Part shown: positions 34,701-43,761 of the stretch, in pieces
How positions within the stretch are numbered: the first letter of the stretch is position 1
Layout of the letters: every line of letters begins with the position of its first letter
From: Phycisphaeraceae bacterium
GTDB taxonomy: Bacteria > Planctomycetota > Phycisphaerae > Phycisphaerales > Phycisphaeraceae
Direction of reading: 5' to 3'
DNA: 64,000 nucleotides
Assembly: GCA_963674705.1 (NCBI GenBank)
Contig: OY771506.1
Span: 800,001-864,000 of the forward strand
Translations under genes and position numbers: made by a program
The notes under the pieces: generated by a model
Database searches by the model: none
Seen by the model: only the letters and a program-made list of their open reading frames with translations
Told to the model about the DNA's origin: nothing

Positions 34701-35005
34701 CCGCCCTGCTCGATCATGGATGCGTAGTACGTCGGCACGCCGGGAGCCTGCCCGTCAGGACGCGATGCGAACGGCGCAAGCTTTTCTTGTGGCCAACGCC
34801 GACAGCCCGTCAGCGTCAGGCCCGCAAGCGACATCGAAGCCGCCATCAACTGCACGAAACGCCGACGCGAGACGGTCAGCACATCGTCGGGGTCATACCC
34901 CGGGAACTCCTCTTTGAGCAGTTCCGCGACTTCAGGCGCCTTCGCGTATTCTTCGAGGCTGCGCCAGTATTCGCTACCGGTTGTGTTCTGGTTTACCTGT
35001 GGCAC
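31769..35005 (-). CDS. actB: Alternative complex III subunit ActB (molybdopterin-oxidoreductase-like plus Fe-S domains)
   Basis: YWRSLEE, TAT motif SRRRF plus lipobox LTGC, CIGCNAC, CQQCENAPC, CIGTRYC, CTFC; GTG start at 35005 overlaps the actA end. Confidence 0.95.
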   Translation of the reverse strand: MPQVNQNTTGSEYWRSLEEYAKAPEVAELLKEEFPGYDPDDVLTVSRRRFVQLMAASMSLAGLTLTGCRRWPQEKLAPFASRPDGQAPGVPTYYASMIEQGGVANGVLVTSFDGRPIKIEGNPLHPGSLGATDAFTQASVLQMYDPYRLRQITKGKDDGDGSKPTWDEFIEYSATRGKTLRDDPGSFAVLSQPSSSPSLERMKDALLSMFPGVRWYEYEPINRDNEQRGAIEAFGKPVRPQYHLDKAQVIVSFDSDLLGCHPNQVRHARDWAKGRKSADEGSMNRLFVAESAMSITGSVADNRLPIRSGKIGGLVQALSQQLGLMPGSSTLNGASEFVQAIVKDLDKHRGASLIVAGPNQPAEVHALCWALNDALGNIGKTVDVTDEPKIVGGSGGGCFQDIAELSNGIEEGRIKNLLILGGNPAYDAPADLDFAAKLDKLESATHLTEYRNETSRRCHWQLPKANYLECWGDGRAWDGTLSIQQPLILPIARKGAESKSPIELLAMMLGEKEADGYTLVRQTMAQFLPSTGFENNWRKALHEGVVPDSAFKPLTARPKTANELVPPALAETQGYEVTFIADPSMYDGRYADNGWLQETPGPLTKMTWDNAALINIADAKELGVGNGDIITITVGEKSLEIAAYLMPGQARGSIALPLGYGRTASGPIGVNVGFDTYKLRSSQRPGIARDAKIAKTGKTYKLALTQNHHLLNDNIGMDLTEVRVGHKGEAGMIIKEASFEAYKKDPVHSTKMHGEHGSVSLQLWDGPYEPGQKRPGGPEAFNEPHAWGMTIDMNACIGCNACVVACQAENNVPIVGKDMVLMSREMQWLRIDRYFKNDREADPDAEHPEVVHQPMLCQQCENAPCEQVCPVAATVHDAEGLNVMVYNRCIGTRYCSNNCPYKVRRFNYFDFHSQNPRGTGIPGMAAKPWLLMPDMQQEAMIDKIKRMVFNPDVTVRMRGVMEKCTFCVQRIKRQTIDAKNKWARGERDKMTVDDGAIITACQQSCPTQAISFGDLNDANSEVTKSQQNPRGYKVLDGLNTRSRTQYLAKLRNPNASLASTGGGHHQSEEASHTQEAHS

Positions 35006-35697
35006 GTGGAGCAACTCGTCATATAGGCTTCGTCGTGAATATCCAGTTTGTCTTTCATAAACAGACCGATCCGCAGTTGTGCGTCTTCGGCGGTCTCGCC
35101 GGGCTCCCGCTCAGGCTCCCAGGCAAGGTCGGTCACCTTGTCCAGCGGACGCAGGTGCTTTTCGGGCTCGCGGTGGCAGTCCAGACACCAGCCCATGCTC
35201 AGCGGCTTGGCCTGTGTGACCACTTCCATCTTGTCGATACGGCCGTGGCAACTCACACAGCTTACGCCCTTGTTCACGTGGGCCGAGTGATTGAAGTACG
35301 CGTAATCCGGCAGGTCGTGGACCTTAACCCACTCGATCGGCTCGCCCGTTTCGTAGCTCTCTTTCACCGGCTTGATACGCTCACTGTCCGGCCAGATCGA
35401 GGTGTGGCAGTTCATGCACGTCTGTGTCGGCGGGATCGCGGCGAACGACGCGTCGTCCACGGTCGTGTGGCAGTACCGGCAATCCATGCCAAGCTCGCCG
35501 ACGTGCAGCGCGTGACTATATGGAACCGGCTGCACGGGCGCATAACCGACGTTCAGCGTGTTGGCTGAGAACGCCAAACCCACCACCGCCGGTGCGAAGG
35601 CTCCACCTCCCACCGCACTCAGAACGATGAACGGTAGTAAGTAATTCGCCCACTTCGGAAATACGAACTTGTCGGACGGTGTCTGCTCGTTGGCCAT
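34993..35697 (-). CDS. actA: Alternative complex III pentaheme cytochrome c ActA
   Basis: Five CxxCH motifs (CRYCH, CMNCH, CVSCH, CLDCH, CSTCH); GYAPVQPVPYSH. Confidence 0.95.
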   Translation of the reverse strand: MANEQTPSDKFVFPKWANYLLPFIVLSAVGGGAFAPAVVGLAFSANTLNVGYAPVQPVPYSHALHVGELGMDCRYCHTTVDDASFAAIPPTQTCMNCHTSIWPDSERIKPVKESYETGEPIEWVKVHDLPDYAYFNHSAHVNKGVSCVSCHGRIDKMEVVTQAKPLSMGWCLDCHREPEKHLRPLDKVTDLAWEPEREPGETAEDAQLRIGLFMKDKLDIHDEAYMTSCSTCHR

Positions 35698-36191
35698 GTG
35701 AGTCTAAAGATCCGCCTCGCAAGATGGATGGATACAGGGAGTCTGAACAACCCGCTACGGTCGTGCACCTTGCCGAACACGCCGTATGCTGAGAACAATA
35801 ACGAACTGTCACTCCGATGACAAAAGTCAGCCCAGATCGATTGAGACATCAATCGGTCAACAACGATCGGGCATCATAACGATTTATAAAGAAGAGGAAG
35901 TGATCTTTAAATAAGTATTGTGTTGTTCAGGGTTCATCGCGGCGCACATCGCATCATCCACCCCACGATACACACCATCCGATCAGCACCCATACGACTT
36001 CAGACATCTTGCGGACATGACAATCGACAACAATTCGTTCACCCCGAAACAGATAACTATATATTTAATTATATTAAATAGTTAACGCGCAGGAACCCGA
36101 TATGAAGCCGGATGACGAAGATAAAGGCTTTTTACGCGAGTATCCTTCTCTCGCGTTGCCGTACCGATTGACCGCATCTACACTTAAAGCC

Positions 36192-37223
36192 ATGCAAAAA
36201 AAGATTTACGCCCTGATTGTCTTGAGTGTTTTCTACCTTGCACTTTCCGCTATCGGCGCGCAAGCGCAAACCTACAGCGTTGACGGCATGATCGGGCAGG
36301 TCAACGGCCGCGCCATCTACACCAATGACGTCTTCGACGAGCAACTCAGCGAAACACTCGCCCAATGGGGACGCGAATTATCCCTAAGCGAGTTCCGTAA
36401 ACGCGCCACTGAACGCATCGTCGTCCGGCTCAACGGCATGGTCACCGACGCCCTGATCTACGGCGAAGCCCAACGCGATCTTTCTGACCAGGAACGCCAG
36501 GGCTTGGCAGTCGCCATGACCAAACAACGCGAACAACTGCTGCGTGAGTACGGCCAAGGCTCCGCGGCCGTGGCGGAAGCGGAACTGCAACGCCGAACAG
36601 GCATGGGCCTCGACGAAACGCTTGAACGCTGGCGTCAAGCGCTTGTCGTACAACGCTATATGCGCCAGAAACTCCGCCCGATGGTCAACGTCACCCGCAG
36701 AGACATCAAACGCTATTACCAGGATCATTTCAACGAATTCAACCGGCCCGCATCGCGCAGCGTCCGTGTGATCCAGGTCGAATCGGAGGAAGATGTACAG
36801 TACATCAGCGACCTGCTGGCGGGCGGAACACCGTTCACCGAAGCGGCGGCCGATCAACGTAACAAGTTCAGGCCGGATCAAGGCGGACTCATGGGCGATA
36901 TGGCGGGCAAGCAGCTTTTTGCAGATGAACAGGTCAACCAGGCCACACTCAAGCTGGAAGCCGGGGAATACGTCGGGCCTTTAACCGTCGGGAATCGCCA
37001 ATGGTTCGTCGCGGTGGAGAAGATCAATGAAGCAGAAGGCCGGTCGCTGATGCAGGTGCAGACTGAGATCCAGAACCTACTGTTTGAACAGCAGCTCCGC
37101 GAACAAACCCAGCGATACCGTGAAGAGCTATTCGAGAAAGGCAGCTACAACTCGATCGAGCAGATGGCCCAAACCCTCGTCGAAATCGCCGAAGACCGCT
37201 ACGCCCGCACCGAAACACAATGA
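36192..37223 (+). CDS. SurA/PpiC-type peptidyl-prolyl isomerase-like chaperone
   Basis: Signal peptide, VNGRAI, IKRYY..H..EF, F.EAA...GGLMG. Confidence 0.75.
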   Translation: MQKKIYALIVLSVFYLALSAIGAQAQTYSVDGMIGQVNGRAIYTNDVFDEQLSETLAQWGRELSLSEFRKRATERIVVRLNGMVTDALIYGEAQRDLSDQERQGLAVAMTKQREQLLREYGQGSAAVAEAELQRRTGMGLDETLERWRQALVVQRYMRQKLRPMVNVTRRDIKRYYQDHFNEFNRPASRSVRVIQVESEEDVQYISDLLAGGTPFTEAAADQRNKFRPDQGGLMGDMAGKQLFADEQVNQATLKLEAGEYVGPLTVGNRQWFVAVEKINEAEGRSLMQVQTEIQNLLFEQQLREQTQRYREELFEKGSYNSIEQMAQTLVEIAEDRYARTETQ

Positions 37224-37299
37224 TGACTGATGACAAAAGCCCGGTCATAGCCCCAGGGGCTTTGGCCGGGATCTCTCCAGGATCTCCGGGAAGACCTCC

Positions 37300-37731
37300 A
37301 TGCCGCCCCCTCCCCCATTTAGGCGCCTGACTCAACTGCTCGACTCCATCCGGGCCCATCACCAAAAACGGTCCGCCACCGGCCCACGCGGCGAACGCGC
37401 CGCCGCCGACTACCTCAAGCAAAACAACTACCGCATCATCGCCCGCAATCTCCGCAACCGCTACGGCGAGATCGACCTGATCGCCATCGCGCCGGACGGC
37501 CGAACCGTCGTCATCATCGAAGTCAAAACCGCTGAAGACCCTGGCGCACGCCCTGAACTTCGTGTAAATCCGAAGAAGCAAAAGAAACTGACCGCACTGG
37601 CCGCCCAGCTTGTGCGCCGCTACAAGTTACAAGACAAACCCATCCGCTTTGATGTCATCGCAGTGAACCTGCCCGAAGGAAAAGCCCCCATCATCCGCCA
37701 TTACCCCGGCGCGTTTGAATCGATCGTCTGA
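37300..37731 (+). CDS. yraN: YraN family protein
   Basis: GERAAADYL...RNLR...GEIDLIA...IEVKT...RFDVI; start uncertain. Confidence 0.9.
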   Translation: MPPPPPFRRLTQLLDSIRAHHQKRSATGPRGERAAADYLKQNNYRIIARNLRNRYGEIDLIAIAPDGRTVVIIEVKTAEDPGARPELRVNPKKQKKLTALAAQLVRRYKLQDKPIRFDVIAVNLPEGKAPIIRHYPGAFESIV

Positions 37732-37761
37732 AAAGAGCTAATCCAGCAATCAATCACCTTC

Positions 37762-37776
37762 TGGCACGCTGTTTGT
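37762..37776 (+). promoter_or_regulatory. Possible sigma-54 (-24/-12) promoter upstream of the transglutaminase gene
   Basis: TGGCAC-N5-TTGT; the -12 element has GT instead of GC. Confidence 0.35.
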
Positions 37777-38010
37777 TCCTATCACTATCAACCGCCGCAG
37801 GGACGCATAAACGGTCACCCGGGGCCCAACGTTTGGGCACTCCCGGCGTTTACCCGTGCGTGGATGCGCGCTTTACAGGCAACCCCGGAGCCTGGCTACG
37901 AGCTTGGATGGATATCAGAGCGATGATTTTTGAATGAACGACTGTTTCTTCCCGTTTGAATCCGCGGCCGATGCTGGTTGGGCCGCCATGCAAGAAAGCT
38001 CGCAACAACA

Positions 38011-38994
38011 ATGACTGCGATAGCACCCATGACCATGCCCGACACAGACACAATCATCATGACCGGCCCCAGCAAGCCCAGCCCCGTGGCGCCGAGGCGT
38101 TATGACATCATCCACCAGACGCGCTTTACCTACTCTTCGCCCGTCAGCCTGGATCAGCTTGTCGTGCGCCTACAGCCACGCAACAGCTTCGACCAACGCC
38201 TGGTTCACTTCAGCATCCAGACCGACCCGAAGCCGGCCCGTCACACGCACTGCCTGGACCTGCACGGCAACATCCGCCACTGGTTCTGGTTTGAAAAACA
38301 ACACGCCACACTGACGCTGACGACGCGGTCAATTGTTGACTGCCTTGTCGATAACCCGTTCGACTTCATCGTTGTCGATCCGGGTGTTGAGTCGCTGCCT
38401 GCGGTATATGAAGAGCCGGTGCGATCCGCGACAGAGCATTACCGTCATCGTCCGATGCCAAACCCGATCGTCGATGCGCTTGCGCGTCAGATCCGCCAAC
38501 AGTGTGACGGTCATACTGTCCACTTCCTCTCAGACCTGGCCCGACATCTGCGAGAAAACATCCGCCATATAGTTCGGCCGAAGGGTGACCCGTGGAGCCC
38601 GACGAAAACGCTCGAACGCGGCGAAGGTGCTTGCCGTGACACGGCCGTACTCTACATCGACGCTTGTCGAGCCGTGGGCTTGGCGGCGAGATTCGTTTCG
38701 GGTTACGCATTCGATGCCATGGATGACAGCCATCGTGAACTTCACGCATGGGCCGAGGTGTATCTGCCCGGTGCGGGCTGGCGCGGTTACGACCCGACGA
38801 CAGGTCTTGCGGTAAGCAACCGGCACATCGCCGTCGCCGCTTCGCCTACAGCGGGATACGCCGCGCCGACCGCCGGCACATTCACCGGCCCGAAGGTCGA
38901 CGCCTCGCTCGAATACGACATCCAGATGAACGTCACCGAAGCCGACCTCGCCCCTGATAACGGCGAAGTCTATAACTGGCCACCGTCAATGTGA
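38011..38994 (+). CDS. Transglutaminase-like family protein
   Basis: H.T.FTY, GACRD, ARFVSGY, LHAWAEVYLPGAGWRGYDPT; start uncertain. Confidence 0.92.
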   Translation: MTAIAPMTMPDTDTIIMTGPSKPSPVAPRRYDIIHQTRFTYSSPVSLDQLVVRLQPRNSFDQRLVHFSIQTDPKPARHTHCLDLHGNIRHWFWFEKQHATLTLTTRSIVDCLVDNPFDFIVVDPGVESLPAVYEEPVRSATEHYRHRPMPNPIVDALARQIRQQCDGHTVHFLSDLARHLRENIRHIVRPKGDPWSPTKTLERGEGACRDTAVLYIDACRAVGLAARFVSGYAFDAMDDSHRELHAWAEVYLPGAGWRGYDPTTGLAVSNRHIAVAASPTAGYAAPTAGTFTGPKVDASLEYDIQMNVTEADLAPDNGEVYNWPPSM

Positions 38995-39038
38995 CCTGGT
39001 TCTTGATGCCAGTGTAGCGTTGATAGTAGTATGGGTGC

Positions 39039-39431
39039 ATGCCGTTCCCTGTTGACGCCCAATACATTAAACAAACCGAGGAAAAGCTTGGTGTGCGATT
39101 CCCTCTAAGTTATGTCGCATACATGCGGCGATGTAATGGTGGAGAAATCAAAGTATCGGATGATTACTGGCAACTCTATCCAATCTTAGATACCAGCGGC
39201 AAAAAACGTTTAAAGCGTACCTGCAACGATGTTGTGCGCGAAACACAGCAAGCAAAGGAATGGCCGAGATTCCCCCCCAATGCTGTGGCGATCGGCTCGA
39301 ATTGCAGTGGCGATCTTCTGGCATACATTCATACTGATCAATTTCAAAAGCTTGATGATATGGTCTACTGGTGGGACCACGAGACGGGTGAACTGCATAT
39401 CGTGGCAGATGACTTCCTGGATCTCACATGA
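39039..39431 (+). CDS. SMI1/KNR4 (SUKH) family immunity-like protein
   Basis: EEKLGVRFPLSY...NGG...AIGSNCSGD...WDHETG; lower GC. Confidence 0.88.
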   Translation: MPFPVDAQYIKQTEEKLGVRFPLSYVAYMRRCNGGEIKVSDDYWQLYPILDTSGKKRLKRTCNDVVRETQQAKEWPRFPPNAVAIGSNCSGDLLAYIHTDQFQKLDDMVYWWDHETGELHIVADDFLDLT

Positions 39432-41044
39432 CAGCAAAAACTCTGCTTCTACTCCCGTTGTTTACGTTTATCTTCACTTCGTTTGCGCATGCCGAATCCT
39501 GGATACGCGCTAACCAGATCGGCTACCTGACGGACGATCCGAAGATCGCGATCCTTTCAAGTGATCAGCCGCTTGAAGGTGAGTTCTCGGTCGGCTCATT
39601 TAAAGCAGACATCGGTGAAGATCAGAGCGCGTGGGGCCCATTCGCACACAACTACCGGCTCGACTTCTCAGACCTCAAACAAGCCGGCCGATATACGATC
39701 CAATTCGAGGATATCCAGTCACTGCCATTTACCATCAGCGATGATGCGTACAAGGATGTGCCGGGGAAGCTGCTGCAATTCATGCAGCTTCAGCGCTGCG
39801 GGGTGAATCCGGTGACGGGCGAGCTTTGCCATCAGGAAGACGCGATCGACACGATCAGCGGCGAGAAGCTCGACCTGCGCGGCGGCTGGCACGATGCGGG
39901 CGATCGGCTCAAGCACATGATCACCACCAGCTACTGCGTCGCGGCGCTTTATCTGGCGGACGCCAAAGACGAAGCCGACTGGGGCGCGGACCTGCTTAAG
40001 CGTCTGCACCCTGATCCGCAGACTATCTACGTGCAGATCGGCGACGATCGCGATCACATGCCGCCCGCCACGCTCTGGCACGACGACAAGTCAGACTACG
40101 GCCACGGCCCCGGCGGACCTCGCTCCGCCTGGCGCGCCACCGGCCAACCCGAAGGGCCGAAGTACAAAAACAAATCCGACGGCCTGGCCAACCTCGCCGG
40201 TCGAACCTCCGCCGCACTCACGCTTGCCGGTGATCTTGAAAAAGCAAAGTCGCTCTACGCACTTGCCAAGGCAAACCCCGGCTGCGCCATGTCCGTACCC
40301 GTGCGTGCCCCTTACTACTACGGCGAAAGCACGTACTTCGACGACCTCGAATGGGCCGCGACCGAACTCTACATCGCCACCAAAGACGAGCAATACCTAG
40401 CAGACGCGATCGGTTTTATTGATCCGGCAGGTTCAAGCCGATGGATGGGAAAAGGCAGGCACGGCCACTACGAGTTCTTCCCCTATGTCAACCTCGCACA
40501 CTGGCGTTTGTATCCACATGTCGATGAAGCTGCGCAAAAGAAAATCGCCGCGTATTACCGTGACGGCTTGGAACGGCTGCGCATCGAAGCGGAGAAAAAT
40601 CCTTATCGACTCGGCACGCCGTTGGTCTGGTGCTCGACTAATGATGTCGTTGCCTTCGCCACACAAGCCAAGCTCTATGAGAAGATGACTGGCGACACGA
40701 CGTACCGCGCCTTGGGCACGGAAGCACGCGACTGGATCTTCGGCCGTAATCCGTGGGGTGTGTCGTTTGTCATCGGTGTGCCGGAGGACGGCGTCGCAGC
40801 GAGCAAGCCGCACCACCTTTTCTGGAAACTCATCGGCCACCTGCCAGTTGGCGGCCTCGTCGACGGCCCGGTCTACAAAGACATCAACGACGGCCTGAAG
40901 TTCAACGACTTCGGCGAAGATGTACTCGCCCGCTTCCAATCCGAAGCCGGCATCTACCACGACGTCTTCGCCGACTTCTCCACCAATGAACCCATTATCG
41001 ACGGAACCGTCTCACTGCTACTACTGATCGAGGTGTGGGAATAA
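39428..41044 (+). CDS. Glycoside hydrolase family 9 protein with Ig-like N-terminal domain
   Basis: NQIGY, LQRCG, GGWHDAGD, DDLEWAA.ELY, GRNPWG, PHH, TNEP. Confidence 0.9.
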   Translation: MTAKTLLLLPLFTFIFTSFAHAESWIRANQIGYLTDDPKIAILSSDQPLEGEFSVGSFKADIGEDQSAWGPFAHNYRLDFSDLKQAGRYTIQFEDIQSLPFTISDDAYKDVPGKLLQFMQLQRCGVNPVTGELCHQEDAIDTISGEKLDLRGGWHDAGDRLKHMITTSYCVAALYLADAKDEADWGADLLKRLHPDPQTIYVQIGDDRDHMPPATLWHDDKSDYGHGPGGPRSAWRATGQPEGPKYKNKSDGLANLAGRTSAALTLAGDLEKAKSLYALAKANPGCAMSVPVRAPYYYGESTYFDDLEWAATELYIATKDEQYLADAIGFIDPAGSSRWMGKGRHGHYEFFPYVNLAHWRLYPHVDEAAQKKIAAYYRDGLERLRIEAEKNPYRLGTPLVWCSTNDVVAFATQAKLYEKMTGDTTYRALGTEARDWIFGRNPWGVSFVIGVPEDGVAASKPHHLFWKLIGHLPVGGLVDGPVYKDINDGLKFNDFGEDVLARFQSEAGIYHDVFADFSTNEPIIDGTVSLLLLIEVWE

Positions 41045-41835
41045 TGATTATGCGCTATCTCGCGGTGTCGCTTCTGCTATTGCTGCTTCTGAGCACAGGC
41101 TGTTCAACACAACCCATCATCCAGAACCATCCCGCATGGACATACGCCTACGACGGCGTCATCCGCGGCGACGCCACGCGCAAACAACTCGCCCTCATCT
41201 TCACCGGTGGCGACAAGGGTGAAGGCTCACAACACATACTCGACACACTCAAGCACAAAAACGTCAAAGCCTCCTTCTTCGTCACGGGCGGTTACGTCGC
41301 ACAACCCGGTTACGACCATTACCTGAAGCGCATGGTCGATGAAGGCCACTACCTCGGTCCACACTCGCACGGCCACCTGCTCTACGCCCCATGGGAGGAC
41401 CGCAGCCAGACACTGGTCACCGAACAAGAATTCAAAGAAGACCTTGAAAAGAACATCAACGAGCTGCGAGCCTTCGGCGCCAAGCCCAAAGGCAAACCCA
41501 TATACTTCATCCCGCCTTATGAATACTACAACGCCCAGCACGCCCAATGGGCACGCGAAATGAACTGCCTGCTCTTTAACTTCACACCCGGCACCCGCTC
41601 CAACCGTGACTGGGCCCCCGAAGGCCACAAATCGTTCGTCCCATCCACAAAGATCCTCGAAGACATCCTCGCCTACGAAGCCAACACGCCCCAAGGCCTG
41701 AACGGCCACTTGCTGCTTTTGCACCTCGGCGGCGAACGTCAGGACAAGATGTATCTGCTGCTGGGCGAGTTGATCGATGAATTGCATAAGCGAGGGTATG
41801 AAATGGTGCGCGTGGATGAATTGTTACAACTATGA
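41041..41835 (+). CDS. Polysaccharide deacetylase family lipoprotein
   Basis: Lipobox STGC; ASFFVTG, GPHSHGH, PPYE, LLHLG; start approximate (candidates 41035-41050). Confidence 0.85.
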   Translation: MMIMRYLAVSLLLLLLLSTGCSTQPIIQNHPAWTYAYDGVIRGDATRKQLALIFTGGDKGEGSQHILDTLKHKNVKASFFVTGGYVAQPGYDHYLKRMVDEGHYLGPHSHGHLLYAPWEDRSQTLVTEQEFKEDLEKNINELRAFGAKPKGKPIYFIPPYEYYNAQHAQWAREMNCLLFNFTPGTRSNRDWAPEGHKSFVPSTKILEDILAYEANTPQGLNGHLLLLHLGGERQDKMYLLLGELIDELHKRGYEMVRVDELLQL

Positions 41836-41843
41836 ATTATCAC

Positions 41844-42184
41844 ATGAATAATCTGGCAGATCGCGTCAAGCATGTTGGGGAGCATGCGATACACGTCATC
41901 GCGAGAAGACAACAAGGAATTGATGCAATCCGCAGTCTCGGGGGGGATACTCATCAACCAACGAATATACATGGCACATTAACTATGACAACGAGGACCA
42001 ACTCGCCGGCATTATGCAATCGCTTTGTGCCAGTGATATAGCTTTCCTTGATACACCATCCGGTTGGCCTCCGTATGGTGTCGCTGACATGTTGAGAAAA
42101 AAGGGCAAATTAACCGGACCTATCAGAAAGTGCATTTTCTATGGACCCGAAGGCTTGGTTGTCGACGATCCAGATGATAAATAA
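41844..42184 (+). pseudogene. Low-GC hypothetical gene frameshifted at a G7 run (true frameshift or assembly error)
   Basis: MNNLADRV...IRSLGG continues, after a shift at 41940-41946, into the stop-free frame YSSTNEYTW...SGWPPYGV...PDDK* ending at 42184. Confidence 0.6.
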
Positions 42185-42220
42185 AACAAAATGCTTTTAC
42201 GAAGCTTCGCGCCTTCGCGG

Positions 42221-42841
42221 TTAATCAGCCCGCTTCTTCCCCAAAGGTACCAGCGCCGCCGCCAGCGCGACGATGACCAGCAGTGCCAGGAACAGTATCG
42301 GCAACTGCTTCAAAAGAGCCGGCTGCGCCATCGCAATCGTGATCCACAAGGCGGCCAGCGCGTAGCGGGCGGTGATTAACCTGCCCAACGCTGTGGGAAC
42401 TTGCAGCGTCTTTCCTTCGGACACATCCGGGCTCAAGAGTGATTCGATCAGCATGATCGCGATCACCGCCAGCATCAGGGCACTGGTCCAGCCGGTCAGT
42501 TCACCGAGGCGTTCGCCGCGGGCTTTTTCGTATTGGGCTTTGAGCAAAACCAACTGTTGCTCTCGGCCGGCAAGTTGCTCGGTGATCGCAACTTCGGTGA
42601 CATCAGACCCTTCCAGCGCCTCGATCTGTTGCCTGGTTTTCTCCTGTTCGTCCTGGATCTGCTGGAGAACCTCACCCCCGCCGACGAAGACCTGTTGATA
42701 GAGTGAGGGCGCCGCCCGACCCAAGACGGCCGGGCCCAGCAATACCCCAAGCAACAAGCCCGCAACCAACAGGTACAGCCCCCCCAGATCAGGAAAAGGA
42801 TTTACGCATACGCTTGCTTGTTCATCGGGCTTATCTGTCAT
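42221..42841 (-). CDS. Hypothetical membrane protein
   Basis: GLLLGVLLGPAVLG helix, coiled-coil-like loop, three further TM segments. Confidence 0.75.
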   Translation of the reverse strand: MTDKPDEQASVCVNPFPDLGGLYLLVAGLLLGVLLGPAVLGRAAPSLYQQVFVGGGEVLQQIQDEQEKTRQQIEALEGSDVTEVAITEQLAGREQQLVLLKAQYEKARGERLGELTGWTSALMLAVIAIMLIESLLSPDVSEGKTLQVPTALGRLITARYALAALWITIAMAQPALLKQLPILFLALLVIVALAAALVPLGKKRAD

Positions 42842-42888
42842 GGTGGGACCACCATCGCATAGTGTGCGCGGGTATGCAAGGGGGAAGA

Positions 42889-42968
42889 TGGGGTGTGGGG
42901 TGTGGGGTGTGGGGTGTGGGGTGTGGGGTGTGGGGTGTGGGGTGTGGGGTGTGGGGTGTGGGGTGTGG
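42889..42968 (+). repeat. Perfect heptamer tandem repeat (TGGGGTG)x11 plus TGG
   Basis: Read directly from the sequence. Confidence 0.98.
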
Positions 42969-43135
42969 AAATGATATTGTTACATGACCACCCAACGCCG
43001 GTCCTGAGCGCAGCAAAGGGCCGGGCAGGTTTAGAGCAGGTGAGAAGCAGATCAGGCGAGCAGTAGACAGGGATCGGAGATCGGATTTTATTTTCTGTTT
43101 TTCTGCTTTTCTGTGTTTTCTGCTTTTCTCCTTCC

Positions 43136-43570
43136 TCACCCAAACATCTGCGGCGTCACCGGCATGTCTGCCCACTCGTTTCGGCTGCCAAGATCGTGCT
43201 GGCGGACGCGGATCAACACGCGCACGGTCAGTTCCACGTACAGCTTCACCTGAACCAGGTGATGCGTATCCACGATCGAGTCGCCGCCGATCTCCATGAA
43301 CAGTTGTTCGAGGATCAGTCGCTTGATCGTGGAGCGGAACTTCTCGACCGGTCGATCCGTGCATTCGCACACCAGGCGGATCATTCCCGGCAACACCGCG
43401 ATCACCGGCGACAACTCATGCGACAAAGATTCGCGCAGCGAGGTCATGTCATCGCGTTGGCTGGTGCGCTTGCCGCCCGGTTTCATCGACGCAGGCAAAC
43501 GCTCCCACTCTTCTTGGAGCAGACGTTGGGTGTGAAGGTCTAAGCCATGTTGACTACTGGTCGATTGCAT
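43136..43570 (-). CDS. Hypothetical protein
   Basis: ORF with GGGAGG RBS before ATG 43570 and host-like codon use. Confidence 0.65.
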   Translation of the reverse strand: MQSTSSQHGLDLHTQRLLQEEWERLPASMKPGGKRTSQRDDMTSLRESLSHELSPVIAVLPGMIRLVCECTDRPVEKFRSTIKRLILEQLFMEIGGDSIVDTHHLVQVKLYVELTVRVLIRVRQHDLGSRNEWADMPVTPQMFG

Positions 43571-43761
43571 CAATCGCCTCCCAAGTCCATTCGGGACAGG
43601 ATGGGTCGTTCCCAATCACTGGATGTAAATAATCGGGTGTATCCGCACCCGATGAATACGCTGGAGGTGGTCGTGCAACTGCTGAAGACCGATAACACTA
43701 TATATTTTAAGTCTTCAGTCGGTCAAATGTTGTGGAAAAGATTCTTTGCCCGGAAGTCCAA

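Noticed and set aside
32270..35026. Long plus-strand ORFs of 414 and 467 aa
   Set aside because: Antisense shadows of actB caused by GC-rich codon bias; the same applies to shadow ORFs over ctaC, the ABC genes and the sigma-54 activator
35841..35852. Canonical FNR box
   Set aside because: TTGA-N4-TCAA is 12 bp rather than the 14-bp TTGAT-N4-ATCAA; kept only as a generic palindrome
42889..42968. Possible CRISPR array
   Set aside because: Pure tandem repeat with no spacers and no cas genes
42831..43370. ORFs encoding PTPHTPH or GVWGVGC repeats
   Set aside because: Translation artefacts of the heptamer DNA repeat; they overlap better-supported genes
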